Below are positions 40,035-50,142 of a DNA stretch of 64,000 nucleotides, piece after piece. Position 1 is the stretch's first letter. Each line of letters opens with the position of its first letter. The stretch is taken from positions 576,001 through 640,000 of the forward strand of contig OY969811.1 in NCBI GenBank assembly GCA_963703315.1, given 5' to 3'. Origin of the DNA: an uncultured cyanobacterium. Lineage in GTDB: Bacteria > Cyanobacteriota > Cyanobacteriia > Pseudanabaenales > Pseudanabaenaceae. The notes below the pieces were generated by a model. It made no database searches. It was not told where the DNA came from and saw only the letters and a program-made list of their open reading frames with translations. The position numbers and the translations under genes were made by a program.

Positions 40035-41294
40035 ATGACTAGCCTCAGAAATGTGCTTGAGGAAATCGTTGTCTTAGAAGTGCAAGAGCAGCTTAAACAT
40101 CTGAGCCAACCAGCAAAAGAAACAATTAACATTAGCGAAGTAGCTGCCTTTGCACTTAATCGATTGCCAGCACTTTATGCGAGTACCAGTCGAGGATGGC
40201 TCCAACAGCGTAAACGCGCTTACCATGAACTACAGCATCAAATTACCAGTGCCGTGCAACAGGCATTGTTAGGAGTAAAACGCGACCCTTTACGTCAAGT
40301 CACTAAAATCGCTGCTAGCAAAGTTGAAACCCCTGCTCATGTTCTGGCGCAATTACAAACAATTTTTAGTAAGCCATCTTTGCAATGGCATGATGTACCT
40401 CAAACTTTTTCTGAAACTCTGGCTTTAGTCGGGCAAGATCCAGAATATGCAAGCTTGAGTATTAATGAACGTCATCGTCTACAAGATATAAAAGGTTATT
40501 TACAACGTAAATCTACGCATCATTATGATCATCAAGATTGGAAATCTAGTATCGAATTACCTAATCCTGAGCTTAACTCATACATTCTTTCCGCTTCTTA
40601 TTTTTTAATCAATGTTTTAGAAGATTTAGTACAGAAAGAAGTCAAAAATCAGTTAACCAATATGGCAAATGTTTTGCCTCGCAAAGTTGGTATTGATGAT
40701 GTTTCGGCTTATGTTCTTAATCGGTTGCCTGCAATGTATGCCACAACTGAGCAAGGCATAGTTTGGCAAACACAAAAGGTGCAAGAGCAAATATCTAGCC
40801 AGATTGAATCAACGGTCATTCAATCTCTGATGGCTTTGAGCAAAACACCACGCCGTCTCACCGAACCAATTCCACTGCTCAAATTTGAGGAAGAATGTAA
40901 TCAGGCAATTACAGAAATACGCCATATTTTTCATCGTGACGATGTGACATGGCGAAATGTAGCATCTTTAGTAGAATATGCGATCGCTCATGAGAAACAA
41001 GGCATGATCTATTGGCGGCAACAGTGGCGAATGCTGGGACAAATTTACAGCGAAATGTATTTAAAACCAGGGGAGGCGGAGTTATCCCTTACCCACACCA
41101 CAGAGGGTGAAGTTTTAGTTGTGCGAGCGCATACAAAAGCTGCTTTTGGTTGGCTAGCCGATAATCCTCGAACTTTAGGAATCAGTACTTTACGTCTATT
41201 TCCTGCGGTTGCAGAGATCGAGCTTTACGGATTCTTCTTAGATTTCTCAATTAACTATACCCGTGAAGAAATGGCAGCCGACGGGATTATTTAA
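40035..41294 (+). CDS. Tandem two-domain ComFB-family protein
   Basis: Two copies of the ComFB signature: NVLEEIV..EVAAFALNRLPALYASTSRG and NVLEDLV..DVSAYVLNRLPAMYATTEQG. Confidence 0.85.
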   Translation: MTSLRNVLEEIVVLEVQEQLKHLSQPAKETINISEVAAFALNRLPALYASTSRGWLQQRKRAYHELQHQITSAVQQALLGVKRDPLRQVTKIAASKVETPAHVLAQLQTIFSKPSLQWHDVPQTFSETLALVGQDPEYASLSINERHRLQDIKGYLQRKSTHHYDHQDWKSSIELPNPELNSYILSASYFLINVLEDLVQKEVKNQLTNMANVLPRKVGIDDVSAYVLNRLPAMYATTEQGIVWQTQKVQEQISSQIESTVIQSLMALSKTPRRLTEPIPLLKFEEECNQAITEIRHIFHRDDVTWRNVASLVEYAIAHEKQGMIYWRQQWRMLGQIYSEMYLKPGEAELSLTHTTEGEVLVVRAHTKAAFGWLADNPRTLGISTLRLFPAVAEIELYGFFLDFSINYTREEMAADGII

Positions 41295-41502
41295 TTTTTC
41301 AGGTTATTGGGAATGTAAGGATATGGGTGCAAATAAAATATCAATCAAAATTGAGGATTTGTTACAATTACAATTTCATTGTAATTGTAGAAAGCTAACA
41401 GATAATATGGTTAATGGGGTGCGGGTTGATGATGGTTATATTTATCAAATTCAGTAAACAAGATCCATTCATACGTTAGTTCTTAATATTCATTAATTTT
41501 AT

Positions 41503-42831
41503 CTAGCGACGAAACAAAGAAATTAATGATAAACAAATCGCAATTATTGCTAATCCTCCCGCACCAATAATTGCAATCCACAATCTTTTTTCTAGCTTAT
41601 GATGCGCTAGTTTAGTTTGTACTATTACTGCGTCTCGATTCTGTCGAATTAGTTCACGCAAAGATATATCTACTGCGGCTACAGATTTATCTAATCTTTC
41701 TAGCGACAAATCTGTATTTTCTTGCTCTTCAAAATTAATAGAAGCTCTCACTTGTTCATCCAATCGCTTTTGTAAATCTTGCATCTGTTGCTGCAAATGA
41801 TTTAGCAAGTTTCTTAATTCTTCATTTTCCTGCTGTGTATTACGTTGTGTAACTTCCAAATCTTTCATATATGTTCGTAACGCTTCTAAAGAAATAGCAT
41901 CAGGAATAATATCAGTAGTTTCTGGCAAGTGGTAAGCACTAATAAAATTAAATCTTACTGTTGATTTCGGCGTTAAAATTCCACCTTCATCCCAAGGCTG
42001 ATTAGGTCTACCAGTTAGAAGATGCTGTCTAACAATTATTGGTAATGATATTTTCATCCGAATCTCTTCCTTATCATTTGATTTAATCAATTTCAAATAG
42101 GAAATATCTTTGAGATTCTTTTCAATTTGTGATCTTGCATCCATTACCACTCTAAAGCCAGACAAATCAGCAACAATTAATGTACTTTCTTGAGGCAAAT
42201 TTTGTGCTAAATAATTGATGTTTTCAATTGCTGTATTTCTATCATTAAGTTCATTTAAACAATTTTGAAATATAAACAGGTTAGAATTGTGAATCTCCTG
42301 TCTAATATCCTTGAATCCATCCTGCTTACATAAATCTAAGTCTCTACCAATTAGTTTAAATTCTTTTGATTCCCAAAAATGAGGGACAATAAACTTTTGT
42401 ATTAAATCAAGGCTAAATTTCCAAGTTGATGCAAAAATATCGTAGGCATGAATAACAACTACCTCAATATTGTTGAGATTATTAGTAGTGATGAAGTTTA
42501 GCAAAGCGATCGCTTCAGGAGCCGCACCTGCACCAAACAAACATACATTCAATTTTTTGTTTTTAAAAGATAAATCTTCAACACCATGACGATTTAAAAC
42601 TTCATAGGTCATTTCTACATAAGAAGGATAATATGCTATTAAATAAGCAGCTTGGATATTTTTATTTGAATAATCAACTCTGACTTGTTTATTCTGAAAA
42701 CTTTCTCTTAGATCTCGAATATGTGGTTTTAACCCACTTAAAAACTCCTTCCTTTCCGATTCAGATGTAATTCCATAGGCTGAATACAGCCCTTCTAAAA
42801 TTAGATCATAAAGTTTATTTAATTTACTCAT
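41503..42831 (-). CDS. Class I SAM-dependent methyltransferase-like protein with a C-terminal coiled coil and TM anchor
   Basis: AAYLIAYYP; motif I-like VCLFGAGAAPE; IHAYDI; DLDL; LFIFQNCLNEL; LIVAD; a coiled coil of about 100 aa; terminal hydrophobic WIAIIGAGGLAIIAICLSLISLFRR; AT-rich. Confidence 0.6.
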   Translation of the reverse strand: MSKLNKLYDLILEGLYSAYGITSESERKEFLSGLKPHIRDLRESFQNKQVRVDYSNKNIQAAYLIAYYPSYVEMTYEVLNRHGVEDLSFKNKKLNVCLFGAGAAPEAIALLNFITTNNLNNIEVVVIHAYDIFASTWKFSLDLIQKFIVPHFWESKEFKLIGRDLDLCKQDGFKDIRQEIHNSNLFIFQNCLNELNDRNTAIENINYLAQNLPQESTLIVADLSGFRVVMDARSQIEKNLKDISYLKLIKSNDKEEIRMKISLPIIVRQHLLTGRPNQPWDEGGILTPKSTVRFNFISAYHLPETTDIIPDAISLEALRTYMKDLEVTQRNTQQENEELRNLLNHLQQQMQDLQKRLDEQVRASINFEEQENTDLSLERLDKSVAAVDISLRELIRQNRDAVIVQTKLAHHKLEKRLWIAIIGAGGLAIIAICLSLISLFRR

Positions 42832-42836
42832 AATAG

Positions 42837-43463
42837 TTATCCTATTCCCGTTTCATCTATAGATATAAGAATACTTCTAAAAGTTAAATTAATTCTAGAA
42901 TCAACCACTTTACGCATTTTAGGTATTTGGTGTTGCCAATTTTGTTGAGTGTCTCCACTCATAATTAGCAAATCACCGCTATTCAATAGTATTTCCACTT
43001 TATCTATATCTGGTTGAGATCGCGATCTCATTTCAAATTTTCTAGATACACCTAAACTTAAAGATGCAATTATTGGATTTTTACCTAGTTCTGGCTCATC
43101 ATCACTATGCCATGCCACACTATCATTACCATTTCGATAGTGATTAAGTAAAACACTATTAAATTTACCAGCTATTCTACTCTCAATCCAAGTTTTAAGT
43201 TGAGATAAAGTTTCTGTCCAAGGATGAGGCTGCATCAAGATACCTGAATATTTATAAGATACTCCCTCATCCCCATACCAAGCTGTTAGACGAGGAATTG
43301 GAATTTTACGACCATAGAACTTAATTAGATCTTGTTGCCAAGCAATATTTTCAATTAATTCTTGGTAAACTCTTTGAGCTTCCCAGTCATGCAAAAAATT
43401 TCTATACAAGCAAATCTCAGCCTTAGAAATTTCAATAAATTCAGGCTTGCTATCTGGGTTCAT
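42837..43463 (-). CDS. alkB: AlkB-family 2OG-Fe(II) dioxygenase (ALKBH2/3-like)
   Basis: PRLTAWYGD, YKYSG, FNSVLLNHYRNGNDSVAWHSDDE (HxD), WQHQIPK, RINLTFR. Confidence 0.92.
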   Translation of the reverse strand: MNPDSKPEFIEISKAEICLYRNFLHDWEAQRVYQELIENIAWQQDLIKFYGRKIPIPRLTAWYGDEGVSYKYSGILMQPHPWTETLSQLKTWIESRIAGKFNSVLLNHYRNGNDSVAWHSDDEPELGKNPIIASLSLGVSRKFEMRSRSQPDIDKVEILLNSGDLLIMSGDTQQNWQHQIPKMRKVVDSRINLTFRSILISIDETGIG

Positions 43464-43474
43464 TAATTTAAGAA

Positions 43475-44851
43475 TTACTGTCTTGAATCAAGTTTTTTGC
43501 CGCGAATAGAATAATCTAGAAGCTCCATTGGATGCATGAGCAGAACATTTTTATTTTGCAACTTTAAATGTTTGCGAATTTGGGTAATACATCCCACATT
43601 TGCCGAAGCAATCACCTCTGCGCCAGTATCCGTGAGATTATTTACCTTCATCTCTCCTAACTCATGACCCACCTCTGGCTGCAAAATATTGTAGATACCT
43701 GCACTACCGCAACAGAGCGCCGCATCAACGGATTCCCTTAACTGCACGTTGGGAATCTGGCGTAAAAGATGGCGGGGTTCGAGGCTGATTTTTTGTCCAT
43801 GCAGCATATGGCAAGCATCTTGATATGCGATCGCCAGTGGTTCATCCTGCAAAGGTGACAACTTCGCAGTCAAGCCCACATTGTCCAGAAATTCCTGTAC
43901 ATCCTTCACTTTGCTAGAGAATACCTTCGCTTTTTCGGCATAGTTAGGATCATCCTTGAGAATATGCCCATATTCCTTGAGGGTATGCCCACAACCTGAC
44001 GCATTGATTAGTACAGCATCGAGATTGAGATTAGCAAAGGTATCGATAGTTTGTTTAGCAAGTTCCAGAGTTTGCGCCTCCTGCCCTTGGTGATGGGTCA
44101 AAGCTCCACAACAGCCTTGTGACTTGGGAATGATGACTTCGCAACCATTGGCAGTCAATACGCGCACGGTGGCATTATTCACTTCTGGCAAAAATACACG
44201 CTGCACACAGCCCAAAATCATGCCGACACGATAACGCTTCTCTCCCTTAGCAGGTATTACTTCGGGCAAGTTATCTTTAAAAGCTGCGGGAGTGAGTTCG
44301 GGCAGTACCGATTCCATTGCCGTGATTTGTTCAGGTAGAAACTTCTCTAGCCAACCTGTCGATCGCAATAGTTTTTGGAAACCTAATTTCTGATAAGCCA
44401 ATAGTGGCGCAAGCAGGACGCGGAGGCGATTGGGATAGGGGAATGTGGCGAAAATAAACTGACGTAATAATTTTTCAGGTAGCGATCGCGGATGGTTGCG
44501 TTCGACTTGGGCGCGAGTTGCCTCGATCAGTTGGTCATACTGCACACCAGAGGGGCAAGTAGTCACGCAGGCTAAGCAACCTAAGCAGGTATCAAAATGC
44601 TGAGTGATCGCAGGAGATAAGGGAATGTCACCTTCATTAATTCCATCCATTAAATAAATTCTGCCTCTGGGCGAATCTGTCTCTTTGCCAATGATGCGAT
44701 AACTTGGACAAGTGGATAGACAAAAGCCGCAATGTACGCAAGCATCAATCAGTTGAGGATTCGGAGGGTTCTTGCTATCAAAGGATTGCAAATTTGAATT
44801 AATTAAATTGGTAGTGAGATTCTCAGCACTTGATTTGTCAGAAACTTGCAT
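43475..44851 (-). CDS. glcF: Glycolate dehydrogenase Fe-S subunit
   Basis: CVHCGFCLSTCP, SPRGRIYLM, CLGCLACVTTCPSGV, and CCG domains (GCCGAL, CCGSAGIYN). Confidence 0.92.
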   Translation of the reverse strand: MQVSDKSSAENLTTNLINSNLQSFDSKNPPNPQLIDACVHCGFCLSTCPSYRIIGKETDSPRGRIYLMDGINEGDIPLSPAITQHFDTCLGCLACVTTCPSGVQYDQLIEATRAQVERNHPRSLPEKLLRQFIFATFPYPNRLRVLLAPLLAYQKLGFQKLLRSTGWLEKFLPEQITAMESVLPELTPAAFKDNLPEVIPAKGEKRYRVGMILGCVQRVFLPEVNNATVRVLTANGCEVIIPKSQGCCGALTHHQGQEAQTLELAKQTIDTFANLNLDAVLINASGCGHTLKEYGHILKDDPNYAEKAKVFSSKVKDVQEFLDNVGLTAKLSPLQDEPLAIAYQDACHMLHGQKISLEPRHLLRQIPNVQLRESVDAALCCGSAGIYNILQPEVGHELGEMKVNNLTDTGAEVIASANVGCITQIRKHLKLQNKNVLLMHPMELLDYSIRGKKLDSRQ

Positions 44852-44902
44852 ATTTAGGTTTGTTAAAGAATAAATGGATTAATTTACGATCACTGTGAAC
44901 TA

Positions 44903-46258
44903 TCAATTCTCAAAAAGTCTTTCGGGACTAAGTAAGCCTCTCGGATCAAACTGTTTTTGAATTTTGTGCATGAGGTCTTGTGCATTGCCTGTATAGCCCC
45001 AAACATTCTGATGGAATTTCAACGCATGGGGTGCTTCTAGAATGGTTAAAAATCCACTATGAGATTCTGTAATATTTCTAACCTTCGCAATCTGCTGAGC
45101 GATCGCCGCTAAATCCTGCAAATCTTCCACACGCAAAACGCCTAAGCCACTACCTGTATGCATTTGCAGATAGTACGATTGACCAGCAAAAATTTGTTCG
45201 CATTGCTGAAGAATTGGCACGATCGCGGAAGGTAAGACTCCAAGTTTACAGACAAGATGATTATTTGTAGAGTTATCAAAATTGCGAAGTTGATCCTGCC
45301 AAATTAACTGGTCTAGCGATCGCCAAAAATCGGTCACTTCATCAATAATTTGAATCTGTAGCTTTAGGTCTTTGGCAAGGGCTGCCACGCGATCGCATTG
45401 TTCAATTACGCTAACTTTAAGGCTTGAAAATTGAATTGCTAAACCAATATCTTCACCTAAACCTAATTTTATAATTGCAGATTTCGATAATAAATCGCAA
45501 GCAGTTGGAGTTAATACCGATTTGCTAACTTGCTGCTGTAATTGGGCGATCGCCTCAGTCGCACCCGTAACTACGATAATTTGCGTAAATTCAGGCAATG
45601 GATAAAGTCTAAAAGTAATACTGGATGCAATTCCCAAAGTCCCATAGGAACCCGTTAATAATTTCATGAGGTCATAGCCAGCCACATTTTTAACTACGCG
45701 CCCACCTGCTTTAACTATTTCCCCATCGGAGCGCACAAACTCAATTCCCAAGCACATATCGCGCACACTGTTATAGCGATGCCGTAACGAACCAGCGCTA
45801 CCTGTCGCTAAAATGCCGCCAATCGTTGCATCGGCAGAATATGGTGGATCGATCGCTAAAAATTGCCCTTCCTTAGCTAAGACTGCTTGTAAATCTTGGT
45901 ACTTTACCCCAGCCTCGACTGTGACTGTCAGATCGCCCACACAATGCTCAATCACACGATTTAAACAAGATGTACTAATCAACAGATCGGCACGGCTAAC
46001 CAAACCACCCCAATCTAGTTTCGTCGCATTCCCAAAGGGCAAAATCCGTAAACGGTGCTGATGCGCTAAGGAGATCGCCTGAGACAATTCCAAGATTGTC
46101 TGGGGATAAATCACGCAGGTGGGCTGCAAACTATCAGGGGTCAGACTTTGCACCACGCGATGACTTAAGTTTGGAGCAAGCCGATCAAATGCGACAACGC
46201 GATCGCCCTGCAAAAGCTCCGTAAATATGTTGATCAGTTGATTATCTGTAAATCGCAC
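44903..46258 (-). CDS. glcE: Glycolate dehydrogenase FAD-binding subunit
   Basis: DLTVTVEAGV, ATIGGILAT, KAGGRVVKNVAGYDLMKLLTGSYGTLG, FDPRGLLSP; adjacent to glcF. Confidence 0.85.
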   Translation of the reverse strand: MRFTDNQLINIFTELLQGDRVVAFDRLAPNLSHRVVQSLTPDSLQPTCVIYPQTILELSQAISLAHQHRLRILPFGNATKLDWGGLVSRADLLISTSCLNRVIEHCVGDLTVTVEAGVKYQDLQAVLAKEGQFLAIDPPYSADATIGGILATGSAGSLRHRYNSVRDMCLGIEFVRSDGEIVKAGGRVVKNVAGYDLMKLLTGSYGTLGIASSITFRLYPLPEFTQIIVVTGATEAIAQLQQQVSKSVLTPTACDLLSKSAIIKLGLGEDIGLAIQFSSLKVSVIEQCDRVAALAKDLKLQIQIIDEVTDFWRSLDQLIWQDQLRNFDNSTNNHLVCKLGVLPSAIVPILQQCEQIFAGQSYYLQMHTGSGLGVLRVEDLQDLAAIAQQIAKVRNITESHSGFLTILEAPHALKFHQNVWGYTGNAQDLMHKIQKQFDPRGLLSPERLFEN

Positions 46259-46271
46259 AGGATTAAAGTAC

Positions 46272-47921
46272 CTACCCTAATAAACGCTTACTACCATCAG
46301 GGCGAATCGTTTGCCAATTGGTTTTTGCCTGAGCCAATTGCTCATCGGAAATCTTAGCGCCTTTTAAATCTGCACTACAAAGATTTGTCCCATTTAAATT
46401 TGCTTGACTGAGGTATGCCCCCTTCAAGTTCGCCCCATTTAAATTTGCTCCCGTCAGATCGGCTTTGCTCATATAAGCTGATTGCAGATTTGCCTCACGC
46501 AAGTCCGCCGAAATTAGCGAGGCGCTACCCAAGTCACATTTTACTAATAATGCTCTTTGCATTTTTGCTTCTCGCAAGTTCGCACTATTTAACTTTGCTT
46601 GCGATAAATTTGCCCCTTGAAAGCTTGAACCACTCAAGTCCGCATTACAAAAATCTGCTTCAACTAGTTTGGAACGACTCATGACAATACCTGCGAGCGT
46701 AGCACTACCAAAGGCAGCTTTAGAGTAATCTTGGTTAGCAAAGTTACGCTTACCTTGGTTATATTCCACAATTACTCTCCGACCACCTTTGAGTTCACCA
46801 GTACCAGCAGCGCGACTCGCCCCAGCACGAGTGTTACCAGTCGTCATCATGCCACTATTATCAAAGGAGCTTCCTTGACTGCTGCCATACTTTTGGGATT
46901 GAATGCGTGAGTTGGGCATCTGTGTAGTCGATGGTCTCACGGTCACAGAAGAAGGGGTAGAAGGAGGCGCATAATTGGCGGCGGGAGTTATCGCTTTCGG
47001 TGGTTTAGTCGGCTCTTCATTAATTCCTCCAGACTCTAATGCTTTTAAAGCTTCTTCCGCAGAGCGAAATCTTAGCGCTACAGATTGTTGAAGCAGTTTC
47101 TCAAAAACGACCCGTAGCCGATCGCTGAGTTTAACTTGTCCTTTCCAATTAATCTCGCCTGTATAGGGATCATGAGGTAAGTCTTTAGGCGATCGCCCTG
47201 TCATCAAATATAGACAACTCATCGCTGTCGCATACAAGTCACTAGAATAAACAGGACGCATTGCCATCTGCTCTGGCGGTGCAAACCCAGGAGTCCCGAT
47301 AGCAAAGTTAGTTAGTAACCCACTAGGATCTTCTTCTGCTGAAGGTTTATTCACTTGACTCGAAACTGCACCGAAATCGATCAATACTAATTGACCATCT
47401 TGTTTGCGCCGCATGATATTCGCGGGCTTGATATCACGGTGAATCACTCCATTTTGGTGCATGAAGCCGAGTGCTGGGAAGATTTCTGTAAGGATTTTAC
47501 GAATTTCAATTTCATTAAACGCCCCACGCCGCTCAAATTCCTGTTTTAAGGTTTCGCCATCGACAAACTCTTGGACTAGATAAAAATTATTATCTTCTTC
47601 AAAATAATCTAGTAAACGTGGAATTTGGGGATGGCTGCCGATTTTACCAAGGGTAAATGCTTCGCGCTCAAATAATTCTCGTGCCATCTTCATGACACTA
47701 GCGGACTGAGTGTTTGGACGTAATTGCTTGACAACACAAGATGGGAAGCCTGGTAGTCCCTCATCGGCAGCAAGAAATGTTGCGCCAAATCCACCCTTAC
47801 CAAGGGGGCGACTTGCCCGATAACGATTTCGCAGCTTTAAATTAGAACCACAGCTTGCACAATTCATTGCAAATGGTTCGTTATTTGGATTAGCACAGTT
47901 TGGATTAACGCAATAACTCAC
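46272..47921 (-). CDS. Ser/Thr protein kinase with an N-terminal 4-Cys motif and C-terminal pentapeptide repeats (SpkB-like); likely GTG start at 47921
   Basis: SYCVNPNC..CASCG, LGKGGFGATF, VVKQL, HRDIKPANI, LIDFGAV, GTPGFAPPEQ, then A(D/N)Lxx repeats. Confidence 0.92.
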   Translation of the reverse strand: MSYCVNPNCANPNNEPFAMNCASCGSNLKLRNRYRASRPLGKGGFGATFLAADEGLPGFPSCVVKQLRPNTQSASVMKMARELFEREAFTLGKIGSHPQIPRLLDYFEEDNNFYLVQEFVDGETLKQEFERRGAFNEIEIRKILTEIFPALGFMHQNGVIHRDIKPANIMRRKQDGQLVLIDFGAVSSQVNKPSAEEDPSGLLTNFAIGTPGFAPPEQMAMRPVYSSDLYATAMSCLYLMTGRSPKDLPHDPYTGEINWKGQVKLSDRLRVVFEKLLQQSVALRFRSAEEALKALESGGINEEPTKPPKAITPAANYAPPSTPSSVTVRPSTTQMPNSRIQSQKYGSSQGSSFDNSGMMTTGNTRAGASRAAGTGELKGGRRVIVEYNQGKRNFANQDYSKAAFGSATLAGIVMSRSKLVEADFCNADLSGSSFQGANLSQAKLNSANLREAKMQRALLVKCDLGSASLISADLREANLQSAYMSKADLTGANLNGANLKGAYLSQANLNGTNLCSADLKGAKISDEQLAQAKTNWQTIRPDGSKRLLG

Positions 47922-48229
47922 GGTTGATCGAAAGCCCAAGTGATGGTTGATCAAATCAAGATGTAAGGGTTGGCAACAGGTTACTGTATCCATCACCCTA
48001 TAAAAACTTATAGCTCAAATCAATCTCAAAAATTGTATAGATTTTTGAGGTTTGTCATAAGTTACCCAATGGATAAGCATTGTACAAACTATTCAAGCTT
48101 GCTATAAGAAGACTGCTATCAGTAGCTTTTGAGTAGCTATAAATATCTTATACGTCTTAAAGCTACTTAGCTCTAATTAACTCTAATAATTACTAGAACT
48201 ATATTTGTGATTAACTTTAGCAAATAAAT

Positions 48230-48973
48230 TTAAAAATCGTCAGTATCGGAAGTTTCAGTACTGGAATATGTGGAAGGACGGCTGGATGGTCTGCGTCTTC
48301 GCCCAGATGCCGCAGTATCTCTAGTCGATTCGCTATTACCAAAGCTGTCAGATTCACCATTGCGATTTCTAGGGCGATCGCTATTTGCATTATCACCACT
48401 AGGACGTGGACGACGCTTAGGACTTACAGGACGGATATCGCTTTCGTCGATATCAATCACTGAGTCATTGCCATTGCTGTCACTACTACGTTTGGGACGA
48501 CGTGAACGTCGCGAATCGGTAGTATCTCCCCGTAGCTCACTAGCTTCGGCACTATTAGCAATAGAGCCGCGCATCCGACGGGATGGATCGCGATCGCGGC
48601 GAGGCGCAATTTCGCGAGTGGGATCAATTTCCACACGATAGTCTGAACCAATTGGTTCTTCGTCATCAACTAAAGGACTAGAGGGCGCTCGACGAGCTTG
48701 ATTGGCTAGAGCTTGACGTAATACCAAAGACTCAACGGCAAACCAACCTGCAAAGCCGACAACTAGGACTTGAGCTAACTGGGTCGTAATTTCCATCCGA
48801 AAATTAAAAGCCAGCAAGATGATTCCATAGACTAGGGCGATCGCTGAGAAAAAGATATCGTGGTCACGGGCTAATTCAGGACGAAAATTTCGTACAAAAT
48901 ATAAACCCACGCCTCCTAAAGCGGCAACGATTGCCAAAAGAATCATTAGCGGGTTGCCACCGATGTTGATCAT
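48230..48973 (-). CDS. ycf66: Ycf66 family protein
   Basis: LYFVRNFRPELARDHDIFFSAIALVYG; R/S/D-rich disordered tail. Confidence 0.88.
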   Translation of the reverse strand: MINIGGNPLMILLAIVAALGGVGLYFVRNFRPELARDHDIFFSAIALVYGIILLAFNFRMEITTQLAQVLVVGFAGWFAVESLVLRQALANQARRAPSSPLVDDEEPIGSDYRVEIDPTREIAPRRDRDPSRRMRGSIANSAEASELRGDTTDSRRSRRPKRSSDSNGNDSVIDIDESDIRPVSPKRRPRPSGDNANSDRPRNRNGESDSFGNSESTRDTAASGRRRRPSSRPSTYSSTETSDTDDF

Positions 48974-49107
48974 GGTTCTACATTTCTCCTAAATACCTAC
49001 ATTTTTTGCCGCTATAGAAGCGGTGTCTAGAGTAGACAAACTTTATCCAATCAGTATAACAATACAGCGTTCGACACAGCGCTTGCCGAAATGTGAACTA
49101 TGCCTAA

Positions 49108-49132
49108 AAAAGCCTCGCATGGCGAGGCTTTT
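49108..49132. repeat. Short palindrome
   Basis: AAAAGCCTCGC-ATG-GCGAGGCTTTT. Confidence 0.7.
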
Positions 49133-49374
49133 CTGGGTTGCAAGTTTATATTAACCGCGACGGATAACTCTGTCTTTGTTGCTAACGAGATATACTGCTG
49201 CAAAAATGAGACCAAGAACCACGCCACCTGCGACAAGGCTGCCTAGAAAGTTAGTTAATGATTGTGTCATATAGATATATGGGTAAAGTTTTGATATACA
49301 AAATTAAATTCTCAACATAAGTTTAGCTCAAAAAGTTATTGATATTGCTATCGCCATTTGCATTAGAACAAATC

Positions 49375-49429
49375 AAACCCCAAGAAGAGAGTGGCGGCGC
49401 GAAGCGCCGCCACTCTCTTCTTGGGGTTT
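49375..49429. repeat. Perfect palindrome, family D, overlapping the stop codon of the PsiE-family gene
   Basis: AAACCCCAAGAAGAGAGTGGCGGCGC-GAA-GCGCCGCCACTCTCTTCTTGGGGTTT. Confidence 0.9.
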
Positions 49430-49907
49430 ATTTCCTATTATTTTGACTACGGACGATCCAGTAACTTATGGACAGAGCGAGAACGGAGATTGCTAGTCCT
49501 GTCAGATCGCCTTCAGATTTGGAATCAAAGATCACAACTTTGCGAGCCACCGCAGTCAAAGCTGTCACAATGACTAGCTCTAATTGAATCGCGTGGTGAC
49601 GTAAGTAAGCGGTCACATTTTCCATCAGTTCTAGGGCAATTAGCACATTCAGAAACATTCCGAATATTTTGAGTAAAGGAACACTGAACGTTCCCTTGGG
49701 TTCAACGATAAATAAATCAAAGGTTAATAGGCGCAACAAGTCAAATAGAGCCGCAAAAATGATGAACACTAAGGCGATCGCCATGATTTTAGAAGCAATA
49801 TTTTCGATTTTTCCAATCGCTTTGAGAAAGCTCGCATCCGTACAGGCGATCGTCAAAACGCGAAATAAATTTTTAACTTGTTGCCTCACGTTCATTACCA
49901 GAACCAC
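49428..49907 (-). CDS. PsiE-family membrane protein
   Basis: IFGMFLNVLIALELMENVTAYLR..ELVIVTALTAVARKVVIFD; four TM segments. Confidence 0.85.
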   Translation of the reverse strand: MVLVMNVRQQVKNLFRVLTIACTDASFLKAIGKIENIASKIMAIALVFIIFAALFDLLRLLTFDLFIVEPKGTFSVPLLKIFGMFLNVLIALELMENVTAYLRHHAIQLELVIVTALTAVARKVVIFDSKSEGDLTGLAISVLALSISYWIVRSQNNRK

Positions 49908-49948
49908 ACCATCTAATTTTTATAGCGATCGCTAGCCATAGAGAAGTA

Positions 49949-50043
49949 TATAGCGCTTTTCAAGCAAGCGAGGTATAGAGGATTGTTTCTCTGCCTTCGG
50001 CGGAGAAACAATCCCGTACTTCACGAGACTGTGAAACGCTATA
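49949..50043. mobile_element. MITE-like family B element (TATAGC...GCTATA ends)
   Basis: TATAGCGCTTTTCA ... TGTGAAACGCTATA ends; inner hairpin GGATTGTTTCTCTGCC-TTC-GGCGGAGAAACAATCC; related copies at 39455, 59692 and 36605. Confidence 0.7.
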
Positions 50044-50111
50044 GCTGTCGCCCTAGCAAAAATTATATAGATCAAATGTATAGAATAAAAGTGTTTATTA
50101 ATGATAAAATC

Positions 50112-50127
50112 ATAGAATTAAATCTAT
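50112..50127. promoter_or_regulatory. ATAG-N8-CTAT site, NdhR/CcmR-type operator (probable autoregulation)
   Basis: ATAG-AATTAAAT-CTAT, 15 bp upstream of the LysR gene start. Confidence 0.7.
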
Positions 50128-50142
50128 GGTCTTGTCATTAAT

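Noticed and set aside
48132..48169. AGTAGCT...AGCTACTTA as a collapsed family A element
   Set aside because: Only 7-9 bp of match and no inner hairpin; could be chance.
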